Shown here one piece after another: positions 11,901 to 22,800 of a stretch of DNA of 64,000 nucleotides. A program made the position numbers and the translations under genes. Positions within the stretch are counted from its first letter, which is position 1. Every line of letters starts with the position of its first letter. The stretch comes from Takakia lepidozioides (lineage: Eukaryota > Plantae > Bryophyta): NCBI GenBank assembly GCA_030704615.1, contig CM060732.1, positions 20,646,001 to 20,710,000 of the forward strand. Reading direction: 5' to 3'. The notes beneath the pieces were generated by a model. The model was not told the DNA's origin. It worked only from the letters and a program-made list of their open reading frames with translations, and made no database searches.

Positions 11901-12996
11901 AGAAATAAATTTTTTTTCGGTGAGGAATTTGTGGTGTCCAGCCGCATGGTCCCTACTGTGTCTGGACATCTTCGTTTTCCGACCTCCTCGTATCGAACAC
12001 TTGAGTTGCGCCCCGAGCTTTGAATCTTCTCTTGTTGGGGCAGTTTAATGCTATGTGATCTTCTTCTCCGCAATAGAGACATAATCCATTCGAGCGCAGT
12101 CTTTGTTTTTCTTGTGGCGTCAATGGCTTGAATCAGACAGCATCAATCTGCATAGGATCACTACCGGATGTCTGATGGATCGTTGTGTTTGGTGCCGTAG
12201 TAGCAGCGACATGATGCGTCGTCGACCATCCAGATCGCTTCTCTTGACGTCTTTTGAACAAACGATTATCGCATGTAATGACTTGGGTGATGAATTCACT
12301 CAGTGTGCTCACGTTTGGCATTGTCAGCAATCAATCTTTTACATCCTCTTTTAGTCCACATCGAAACTGACTAATGAAGCTCTTCTCATTCCGGTCGAGG
12401 TCGCACGCAAGTTGTCGAAATTCGGCAGCATAAACGGAAGCATGACGTGCTCCTTGTCAAAGATTTCGCATCTATGTCTCTACAACTCTCTCTCTATCAT
12501 TTTCTCCAAACGTTGCAGTGAACTCGGACATGAATGCTTCAAAATTATATAGTAAATGCGAATTTTTTTTTTCTAATAGCGGTGCAAACTAAGATAGGGC
12601 ACTGCCTGATAGAAGGGTGCCCACGAATCCCACTTGAATACCTTCATCGGGGTAACATTGTGGATGTAGTCGTAGGAACAGTCGTACTTGTTGAATAAAA
12701 CCGCGAAATCTTGATCTCGTCCCATCAAATTTATCGGACATGCTGATATTTGGTTCTCTCGTAATCTGTTGAAGAGGAACCGTTGCAGTATGAGCTGTTG
12801 CAGTAAGGACTCGTATGGTTGAAGATCCATTGTTCGACTCCTTTAATTCTGAAATTTGTTGTTGCAAATTGTGGAGAGCGTTGCCAAGATCTTGAGACCG
12901 ATCAGCTTGCAATTGGGCGGTAGAGGTATGAAGTTCTTGCATCTGGAGCTGAAGACTTTGCAATGTGGCGACCATTTCCGCAAATGTGCCTTCCAT
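8929..12996 (-). pseudogene. gag-pol polyprotein with C-terminal chromodomain (frameshifts, stops, integrase deletion)
   Basis: ORF fragments 12589-12996 (gag, DKFDGTRSRFRGF), 11720-12082 (protease), 11104-11511 (RT N-term), 10046-10408 (RNase H), 9232-9678 (integrase C-term/GPF), 8962-9228 (EYEVDEVLDSR...HWKDY...TWEP chromodomain). Confidence 0.95.
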
Positions 12997-13021
12997 CTTA
13001 ACTAACTAAGGAACAAACTTT

Positions 13022-13032
13022 AGTCTCGCCAA
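13022..13032 (-). other. Primer-binding site of self-priming type
   Basis: TTGGCGAGACT lies 2 nt inside the 5' LTR boundary and is complementary to LTR sequence AGTCTCGCCA(A) ~31 nt downstream of the LTR TATA box. Confidence 0.75.
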
Positions 13033-13034
13033 TC

Positions 13035-13652
13035 TGTCAAGGACGAGAACATGACTGAACACAAGAGATCAGACTAGAGGTACAAGACTAGACAAGAAGT
13101 CAAGGTCGGCGTGGCCGAATACACGGTGGGTAAACATGAATCAAGATGATCTTTATAACAATGGACAAGAGTACAAGATACTGGAACTCGACTCGAATAC
13201 TGAAATGTTGGAAACTGGACTGGGGTACCAGATACTGGAAACTGGAGTAGAGTATTAGAAGCTGAACTGGAGTACTGGGACTGGGAACAAGAGTAGCTTG
13301 AACTTGTATGGCGAGACTGAAGAGTGTCCAGTCTCGTCTCATATATATACTGGCTACTAAGAAGTTCCCTAAGAAGCTTCCCCTATAGAGGTTTCTTGAT
13401 GGAGAAGTTTCCTTAAACAAATGAGGTATCTTGATGAAGAGGTTTCCTCCAAAGGAAGCTTCCTGAGTAGTTTCCCAAATTACTCTTGGTAATTTGGTAA
13501 CCTCCCGGTAACGTGGTAACTAATGGTAAATCATGGTAGATCATGGTAGATCATAGTAAATCACGGTAAGTCATGATAATTTTCGGTAACATGGTAACTT
13601 GGTAACTTCTGGTATTTACTCTGGTAAGTTCCTCTGGGCTATGTTTGTAACA
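13035..13652 (-). repeat. 5' LTR
   Basis: TGTCAAGGACG...TTTGTAACA. TATA box at ~13341-13349. Confidence 0.95.
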
Positions 13653-14660
13653 TCTAGATCTCCGCTGAAGACAGCTGGGACATCTGCTGTTGACATTTGT
13701 GCGGGTCTGTTTTCAGGAAGTAAATTTTGGTATACCCTTTAGAGCCACTACTAGTGGTGCCACTTGTTCATTTTCAGTTTCCAGCTCATTGTCACCAATC
13801 TCCATATGCTCCGTATTGCCTTGGCATGGTATATTGGAATCACTGGCTGAAGCTGTAACATGCTTAAAAAACTGTCCTTGTCTGATGCCACCATTGATCC
13901 ATTGAATCATTGAATTTACAAGTGTTGAAAGCTCTCAATCTGATTCAAGTTTGGATTTATATAAGGTCAATTGACATTTACAGCTTCATGTAAAATGGTA
14001 CACCATTCACCAACAGAGTCTGTCGAGTTGCCTGCGATCTCGAGAAAGGATGCAGGGATAGGGTTTATGGTAGTTTAATTCAAGGGATACTAACTACATG
14101 GAGTGTTTGAAGGATCATTTGAGCTATTCAAATGGCCATTTCATTTTTGGTATCTTTATCGTACTGCCTTCATGGGCTTCATAGGAGCTCGCATACCAGT
14201 AGAATGGTGCTCTGGAAGCTCAAATGATTTTGTCTTTTTGCCTTGAAAGTGTTCTAATTTGTTTCTTTCAATCCTATTTAAATTAGGGGTGGACATGTGG
14301 TATCGTCTTTATGTTCGATTGTGGGCATTGATTCCTGGATTTGCAAGGTCAAGTGTAGATTGCAAGAAGAAATTCAACATAGTCTTCAAGCAATATAAAG
14401 AGGACAAATTGGCCAATGGGGTCTCGGGCAACGATCATCATGGGAGCTTTGGGGTAATAATTAGGTCGATTCCATTCTTCACAAATTCAAGCTCCATCTC
14501 ACCTCTCAGAGCAATTAATGCTTCCACATCGGCGTCACCCCAATTTTTTTTGGCATCGTCATCTCCATCTTCAACCACTACTGTCTTTGATGATGCATTC
14601 TTGGCTGCTTTCTTCCTTGGAGCTGCTATTCTTCTCTTTGGTGGCCGAGCAGTAGGCAAA
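13653..14660 (-). pseudogene. Myb/SANT DNA-binding protein (Harbinger ORF1-like), rearranged; C-terminus continues at ~7580-7730
   Basis: Minus 14659-14470 KKNWGDADVEALIALRGEME; plus 14290-14440 WYRLYVRL..FARSSVDCKKKFNIVFKQYKEDKLANGVSGNDH; minus 13920-13830 CKFNDSMDQWWHQT..FKHVTASASD. Beyond the LTR element: KVVENSSSMVNNFQSTNALLEMVDYQMDRLI. Confidence 0.7.
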
Positions 14661-15147
14661 ATTCAATTGGGAGCTCAGTGGCCTCAACAAACCTAGAAAG
14701 ATCAATAAATGGTGACAACAGATTCAAGGTGCTGGATTTTGGCTGTTTTCTACACCCGCTGGTGTAGCAAGGAGGAACATTCTATTGAATCTTCTCTTCT
14801 ACCTTGTCGAACTTTGTGGGAGATTGAAAGAAACTGGAGCCCTCAGCAAAACCTTCCATTGTTGTACACAAGATGCAACAAACAAACTGATAAGCTGATA
14901 ATTCTACAGTGGTAGAAGCTGCGTCGCGCGCTTGCCGCGAGGTGGGTGTCGAAAGTCTCCACCTGTGTACAACCCCATCTATGACATGTTTCAATCCTCT
15001 GATAGGCTTAAAAAATAATAATTTAATGTTAGGTTTCTGGGGCCTAAGGTGAAAAATTGGGTCTCCATCCCAAGAGCGTTCCTTTTATTGGGCTGGGCCT
15101 AAGAATTTGGTGCCATAAATCATGCCATGTCACATACCATGTCATTT

Positions 15148-15269
15148 TCTTGGTCTTGGGCCCGGACCCTCGTGTAAACCGCTTGAGCCCAATTTGAGGC
15201 TCTTGACCAATAGGATTTCTTGTTTCTAGCTTGGTCTTGGGCCCGGGCCCTTGTGTAAACCGGCCCTTA
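15148..15269. mobile_element. PIF/Harbinger terminal inverted repeat plus TTA target site
   Basis: ...GTGTAAACCGGCCC|TTA at 15266 (reverse complement GGGCCGGTTTACAC). A subterminal copy CTTGGTCTTGGGCCCGGACCCTCGTGTAAACC lies at ~15150. Confidence 0.6.
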
Positions 15270-15377
15270 GTCAGTTTCTGTGCTTCAGCCTACAGTTCAA
15301 ATCGTCTACGGACGATCCAAAAAGATCCCATGGCAGAAATTCGCGTGTCACACCTCCAGATCGTGCGTTGCGGATTT

Positions 15378-15429
15378 CACCAAGTCCATAGGAAGACGGA
15401 TATCACCAAGTCCATAGGAAGACGGATAT
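15378..15429. repeat. 26-bp perfect tandem duplication
   Basis: CACCAAGTCCATAGGAAGACGGATAT x2. Confidence 0.9.
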
Positions 15430-16301
15430 CACAGACAGGAGGAAAGTGGCTCTACAGCTGTGGCACAGTTTGTTAGGGTCGGGAAGGGGAGAGGGTGGGT
15501 GGTCAAAAAGTCAAAAAGTATTCCATAACAATCAAGACAGGACTGTTACCACTGTCTGCTCTCAAATGGGGGTGAGCTTAACTTACTTAACTTAGATTAG
15601 AGTGCCTTGCCGAGTGGGGCAGCCTGGAATTTCTACCTCACTACTTTACACTTTGCTTCTTCGCATCGAACAAGACTGCCTTACGATGGCAGTGCAAGCA
15701 CGCGCGTGGCCGTTATGTGGGGTTTGCGTGTACGCGCTTGCCTCCCAGCGACGGCTGCGTGCCTTCTACACTCCCTCGCTATTACCTACACACCCCATCC
15801 CCTCCCTATTTCCGAGATCCATGAATCCCGAGTGGTTGGGTTTCCTGCCATGGCTGGACTGGCACGGAGTTCGTGGAGCTTTTCCAGGTCAACTGGAAAG
15901 CTCGTCAGAGGGACCTAAAGGCATGCCAAGTGTGGGGAGAATAAGAAAGGTGATGATGGGTTCAAACCCCCAACGCTGCGTTTAGATTGTGTGGTCACTC
16001 TGAGAGGGGTGACGACTGGGAATCCGAGTGGTTGGCAAGATTCAGCGACTGACGGCGTGCCTCGGTGATAGGTGCCGGTTGCTTCGCTTTGGCCGGGGGG
16101 AGCTGGGCAGATTGAGTGTAGATTGGAGAAATTAGTTGCGAGTATGAGACAAGCCTGTCCAAAAGGTCTGTCTCACTTGTACCAGGGTTAGATCCAGATA
16201 CACAAAGCTTGGGCCTTGTAGAGTTGGAGGTTGAGACTCAGACACAGATCTCACACGCACATCCGCGTGTACACTCAAAGGAGAGAGAGAGAGAGAGAGT
16301 G

Positions 16302-18348
16302 ATGGCGGGATTGGCGACGGGGGCGGCCGTCACAAATGGTCTGACTTTCGCAGCTGGTTCTGCCTCTAACTCATCGGTAAGTTCGCATGTTTCCTTACCA
16401 GTTTCAGCTGTATATTCTAGCTTTAGTCGCTTAGGCAATACCATCTGATTGTATCATCTTCCAGAACAATTTTGGCCCGACAAGGTTCAGGTGGGCTCGG
16501 AAGGCAGACTTCAAATTTGTTGAAGAAATCCTTTTAGTTCAACTTCTGGTGGTGTGAGTGTAGAAAGGTTATTGACATTGTGGAACACCTCTCTCAATAA
16601 TTTTTTTCCAGATAGTAAACCTCTCCCATACTGGTTTCTGGTCTCGGGTTGCTTCGCCTACCACCTAACACGCATCCATGTCCTTACTAGCTACAAATTT
16701 TTTTGTCGTGACTGTAACTGCGCCCTCAGGTGGTCGTAATTCCAGCTGCTCGTCCCGCTGTTTGTCCTTTCGAAAGCTTCCGACGCTCCAATAAAATAGC
16801 GTGACTACTCATTACACAACCCGAAAGTATGCGTGCCCTCTTCTGCAACCCAAGGCACCTAAACTGGTTAGGAGTGATACCTTAGACCCCGCCTTATGCG
16901 GTATCCCTTGAGTGGATACATAGTGTTAGACTCGGATCGGTAAATTGCTTGACGCAACAAGCAGTGCCCAGCAGATGTTGACTGGAACCTTGAATTGTCT
17001 TATATAATTATGGAACTCTTTTAGAGCAATGAATCTTCTATGGTTGTACCGGAGTCCCTCACACTGGTTAATTTTCTCCATGCTGCAGTTAAGTCTCATC
17101 ATTCCGGGCCTTAGTCTAAAGAGAGGACTACGAACTTCCTGGAGGCAAAGAGGGGCGCTGAAAGTGTCCTCAAAGGAGGGAGATTCTGAGCCGGATGAGA
17201 CCGACCTTAACCAAGGCAAGTTCTTGCTTGCGAACTTTACATTGCCATCTACATTCGCAGGACACATACTCATGAATTGCTGGGCATTCTTGCACAATGT
17301 GCACGGTTGGGTTTTACTATGACAAGAGGGCATTCCGGAGTTCCTTTGCTGAAGCATCCTTTGTCTTTTGAGGACTATTTCTGGTGAAAGCGCAGAAGAT
17401 CTATCCTTGACAGCCATTGCTTCTCGATGGGCATGTTGTGGTGGTCTTGGAACATATGAGGTGGGTTCCATTACAACCGCAATGAAAATCTGTGATCACA
17501 TGTTCTTCTGAAATCGGAGAATCATGTGTTGCTATAGTGAAGATAACCCCTTGATCTGGAAATCTGGGTTACATAAACATCCGAGTACTATGCAAGAGCT
17601 GAAGAGATGCATGAATCCTCTATGGACATCTATTCCTAGAGAAAATGACATGAAATGTGGACATTGACAACATGGAGCTCAGCAACTAGTGTCCCAGCTT
17701 CTGCTGGCTCTCTGTGGATAGAATATTATGGTGAATATTATACAGGGCATATGCACTTGAAAGGCCGGAACTTTGTGCTTTGCCTGTTTGAGTGAACTGT
17801 ACAACACACTTTTCTTAGGTCGGTGAGTGCAACCTGCTCCCTTTGTATGCGAGGAAAATGAGAAAATTCCTCACTGATAGGAATGTGCACCTCAGCATTT
17901 TGTAATCCTGGTTGATCTCAGACTTTGTAGAAGTGCCTTTACATATTACAGCTGTATCCACATTTTGGAAGTCTGTTTCAACTCTTGCCACTGATGTCTC
18001 CCGTAGACTTACAATATGATTTACATAGAACATGGTGTGACTTGATGCACAGATGAGAAAGGTCCAATAGACTGGGATAAGGCATGGTCCAGCTTTCCAA
18101 AGCCTAAAGAGAGAGGAGGGGCTTTCTTCAACTTCAAGCTCCTGTTTAAAATGGATATGGAGAAGTATGTCAACCGGAGGCCAAATCATTCAAAGTTTCC
18201 CCTATCTGAGGAAGTTGATCCATTGCGCAGATCAGAGCGGTCAGCACTGAATGCCTGGACCGACCCAAGGTTTACTGTTGCTGGAGTAGGCGTAATCGTT
18301 GGGCTATTTGTGTACATGGTTATAATTGTTGGGCCCCCACCAGTGTAG
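16302..18348 (+). CDS. Small (~165 aa) probable plastid-targeted single-pass membrane protein of unknown function; 3 exons
   Basis: Exons 16302-16376, 17089-17215 and 18053-18348 join in frame. Ser/Ala/Arg-rich transit-like N-terminus; motif IDWDKAWSSF...FPLSEEVDPLRRSER..L.AWT.P.FT; C-terminal transmembrane helix. Intron 2 is GC-AG. Confidence 0.8.
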
Positions 18349-19574
18349 GTTGGCCTGTTTCTTCAATGCGTGACTAGTTTAGAGTTTTTTAACTGGGTGC
18401 TACTGCGTAGCTAAAGCTGGTCAAACGGGCTGGAAATTGATGATTCTTTGTATAGATTGTGTACAGTACTCTATTGTTTTGTAAGACTGTGCGCTCCGTA
18501 TTTGGTTGGTGTGTTTGTCACCACTGCTAACAGAGTGGAAGGTATGTCTTGAAAGGTTTTTCTGTTGACAAGTGCTGTGTGAGATGTTATGATGGCAGTT
18601 GGATGGGTGCTAGTGGCTCTGTCATTGGAACAACCGTGGCAACCTCACTAAATTGCATGTGTTTCTTGTATTAAACTCTACAAGTAGAACATGTGACACA
18701 TATATTTGGGAGTCAATGGCTGTCTATGAAGCATTAAGAAACCCAGCTGTGAATGTTACACTGGAACTCTCTCAGCTTCTCCATGATGGAGGAGGGTGCT
18801 ACCCAGCTGGTCTTCTCTCTTCTCTTCTCTCCCTGGCCTCTAGGGACCCCACTTCTTTGCAGCATGCCTCAAGGCTATGCACTTTCTCAAGCTCACTTCA
18901 TTTTCTGAGTCTATTGTTAGTTAAATTTGTGGTTGAATCCGACTTTTTGGCTTTGCAGTTGAATCTACCTTGGCAGATTTGGAAAACCTGCAGAGTCAAT
19001 CAAAAGATTTCAGTTACATACATTCTGATTCTTCATGAACAAAGTATTCCCGTGTCAAGACTCGACATTGCCTAGAGAGCAGTTAAATTTGTTGATTTGC
19101 AAAAAATAAGAAGAATCAACTCGCTGTCCATGTGCTTCTCCAATCCTACCTTCCCCATAATGAAGTATGTGAATTCATGGCGATATGGGAAATCTACTAG
19201 CAAACTTTCTTGTCCAGAGCGAGTTCATTCCTATAATATTGGCCAACCCAATGTACTCCACCGTAGAGTCTCGCAACGAGCTACTCCACTTTGTTGCCAC
19301 CTGAACTTGACTGATTCCAGAATCCATAACATACCTACCATTAGGTGAAGAGTGCAGACTGAGAAGAAGAAATGAAATGAAATGGCACTTTATAAAGTCC
19401 GCGGAAAGCTCAAAGAGCTTATGGGACAAAATGGAAAAAACAAGGTGATGCGGCACCGCCTTCACACGTGGAGCTGGAAATTTGTTGCCCGACAGACTTG
19501 ATCGACTCTGATACCGACTGGTAAGTAACTGTTGCTGTATTTGATTGCATCATCTTCCACATGAAAACGAGCGA

Positions 19575-19593
19575 TGGGCCCATCAGGTGGGCC
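19575..19593 (+). promoter_or_regulatory. Paired site II (TGGGCC) elements upstream of ATM3
   Basis: TGGGCCCATCAGGTGGGCC about 300 bp before the ATG. Site II motifs are typical of nuclear genes for mitochondrial proteins. Confidence 0.4.
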
Positions 19594-19892
19594 TCTACAT
19601 TCCCAGTCACATGCACCCCCCCTATAACACTGGAATCTCTACTGCTTCAACGCTGAGAGCCGTATGTATTGAACGAAAAGGTCAACTCCCTCTCAAAACG
19701 TATCCATTTTCTTCCTCTTCCAGCTAGTGGGTCCGGGGTCTCAAATTGCATCTCACCATACCTTGAGAAAGCTCAATCATCATCCGTGCGTGCATCCATT
19801 AATCTTGAAGAGGCACTATTTTTGGTCATTTTATCGCCGCTGGCAGCCCTTCTTCGTCAGCTTGCAACACACCATATTGCGCTTCCTCAGAG

Positions 19893-22800
19893 ATGCTGAG
19901 GCGGGTGGGGAGGAAGCTGTTTACAGAGGCGAGGAGATCGCTGCACCACAAATCTGGACATAATGGAATTTGGTCACTGCCAGATCCCTGTGGGGGGGTA
20001 TGTCTTCTCCTTCCCTTCGTACTCTATGCGTGCAATCATCTGCCCAATTGGGCATTTTCCCAGCCTGAATGTTTTGTTCTTTTTCTATTTGAAGAGCCTT
20101 TTACACATTATGGCTCCTTCCCATTCATATGCGCAGAGAGCTATTTAATTCTTCGATATCTCCGGTTTCTGTGCAATGGAGTGAATTCCAGGATTGGAGT
20201 GATGGTGCTGCTCTTAAAGCTGTACACACTTCAAGGTCAGTGGTTTGGACCAGATTGTCAGCTTCCATGGCTTCCGTTCAGTGAGGTGTTTGGATCGCTC
20301 GGCTGTTGGAATGTTAACTTTCGGTGTAACTCTGCGTTCTGCCTTTATGATTCCTTTGCGAATTCTAAGGTAATCCTCAGCTTGAATGAAGCTGAAAAAA
20401 TCCTTCGCCCCACTTGTCTTTAACACCTCAATCCTCGAAATCATTACATGTCCCATCCCATATCAACAAGTTAAATCTCAGTGGTAGGAGTTGGTGACCC
20501 TGCAATGTGGTAACAAAAGTTCAGTACTCTCAACTCATATTGGCATTTTTAAGGGCACGTCATCTTCGCAATTTAGTTAATTGTGCAGAATCCGACCATG
20601 GACTGTGATCAACAAACTGACTCGTCTTGCAAATCTGTTTCTACTAAGAAAGTTTCCACTTCCCTGTACCTCATGTAACTTCTGATGCAATTTCTACCAT
20701 CACAGAACTAGTTAATAGAATTCCTAACAAGGTCCCTGGTGGATATTCAGCTTCACTCACCTTGAGTCTCAAATACCATTCTGACATAGACATTATCCAA
20801 ATCCATACGGTAGTCTGATTGCAATTCATTCATGAGAATGTCAATGCATTTTGTGCAAGGGAGAGAGAGAGAGGTGAAGAGGACGATAGTTGTGATCCAC
20901 CTCTGTGGCTGCCACTTTCTTCCTCAACATTGAGATTCTTCTTTCATGTCAAGAGAAGGTTCATGAACTTCTTGGCCAACAAATTGTGTTTTTTATCAAC
21001 AGATTCCAGTGCAAATTTATCTTTTCCTTTTTAGGGGGAATTCAATGATTTGACAATATTCCGTTTATTAGGAAAGGCATCTGAGACATTCTGCAGAAGT
21101 GGGACATTTCTCGTAGCCTTTTTCTCTTACCTGACTTACAGAAGGGTATCACAGAAGGGTATGTCCTTTGCTGTGACGGTGGAAGGAAATCATTCATTTT
21201 CTACTATCACAGGAAGGAAGAGGTTGAATGATGCAGTAGTAGTTTTGAGGATGTACAGATGCTCTGATCACAGCTATTTACATGTATAATTAGGAATCAT
21301 CCACATTTATGTATGAAATGTAAAAGAAGGGGGGCTTGAGTAGTGGAGTCATGAAGGGTGAGGTGGATGGTTCATTTGCAAGAGGATTGGTCACATGGTT
21401 TGTACAATTTATTGAAGGTTGAGCACTGTCATCCACAGTAAGTGGAGATTCGCTATCTCTGGCAAAGCAAGAGCTTTTATCTCAGCCCAGCTGTGCAGCG
21501 CGCTACCTGGGAACTAAGTGTTCTTACGTAGGGTTTTCTCATCGTTTGTAAAATGACGGTAGGTCTATACGGGCTTAATATTGAGATCCCTTGTTCATAA
21601 TGTGTTTGGTGGTTATGGACTGTGGTTGATGTAAAGGTTGGAAACCCAGCATTATACCCAATTCTGGGAGGGGCAGGGCTGAAAGAAACCATTGGTTTGT
21701 CGCTGTGCGGATATAAAAATGCTTGTATCACCAAGCTATTTGCTACTAGGTCACTCACAGTTGCTGCACAGGTAATGCTATTGACACTGTCCTTTGAACC
21801 TTTAAAGACACAGGTCTGGCTGATCATTAGCATCTTATATGGAGGTCCCTTCCTTTGCATTCAATCAGTGAGTTCAGGTTGAAGTGAGGCATTGTTTACA
21901 GGGGTTGATTAGAGAAGGTGAAGTGCTGCAGGGAGGTATCAATGCAGCCTTGGGGTCTAAGACAGGGGATGACTGGAGCGAGCATGTGTGCGATACAGTC
22001 CATGACAGTGGTCATTCGATCGGTATGTTTGCAACCCCAGATCAGTCTTTCAATAAACTGAGTGAACATCCTCACTGCATATACTCATGACCCTTGAGAA
22101 ACAATTAAATCATTCATGTATGTTGTAGATGGATTTCTAGCTGCAAAGTACTGCAAAGAAGTGTATCAACACTGTGTTGTGATTGAAGTACCACATTTAA
22201 GCTTTTAGACACTTACAAGACAAACATGTGAAGCAGGGTATAGGAAAAAGCAAGAGATTATTGTTCCCAGTTCTGATTGCTGCAGTAAGTAACGATCTTG
22301 GAAAAGGTTGTTTGTTTGTATGCAATTATGTGAGCAATTTTCGTCATGTGTGTCTGTGCAGGAGTATCTTGTCGTTATGCATGTGCGGCAGATCGATCTG
22401 GCAAGCATGGTGTAATGAGTTACATCTCTCCCTCTCCCCTCTCCCTACTAATGGCTCACCTAAAACCAGAAAGTTAGAACGTCTGGAAGTCGTGATGTTA
22501 GTGTGACATACTAAACTTGGAGGGTTGAAACGAACTTTTGTGGGAGATCAAACTGAAACTGAGTGTGGGTTGTACCCTGGGGGTACTGCTCACTGACTCC
22601 ACAGGCTAACCTATTATGTTTGTCAGTTTGGTGGCCAACCATAATCTGTGTGAACTCCATTGAGCAGCTAGGAAGAATTGACAGCCAACTCTACTTGCGG
22701 TTAGCAGATGTCCTAGTTGTGTTAGAACTATGGGTGAAGTCTACTTATGGTGGTTGATTTAGTGCTTTTTATGACTAATGGTGAATCACACAATAATTAC

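Larger units (their letters stand above)
7731..13652 (-). mobile_element. Ty3/gypsy chromovirus LTR retrotransposon (Tcn1/Tf1-like), full-length but decayed
   Basis: Two ~600-bp LTRs, near-TSD GCTAG/TCTAG, PPT and PBS. Domain order gag-PR(LLDSGA)-RT(YLDDILIF)-RNaseH(DASDFALGAIL, HDKELLAI)-IN-chromodomain. Confidence 0.95.

Noticed and set aside
19505-19516. tRNA-iMet PBS-like CTCTGATACC
   Set aside because: 10/12 match with no adjacent LTR or retroelement sequence.
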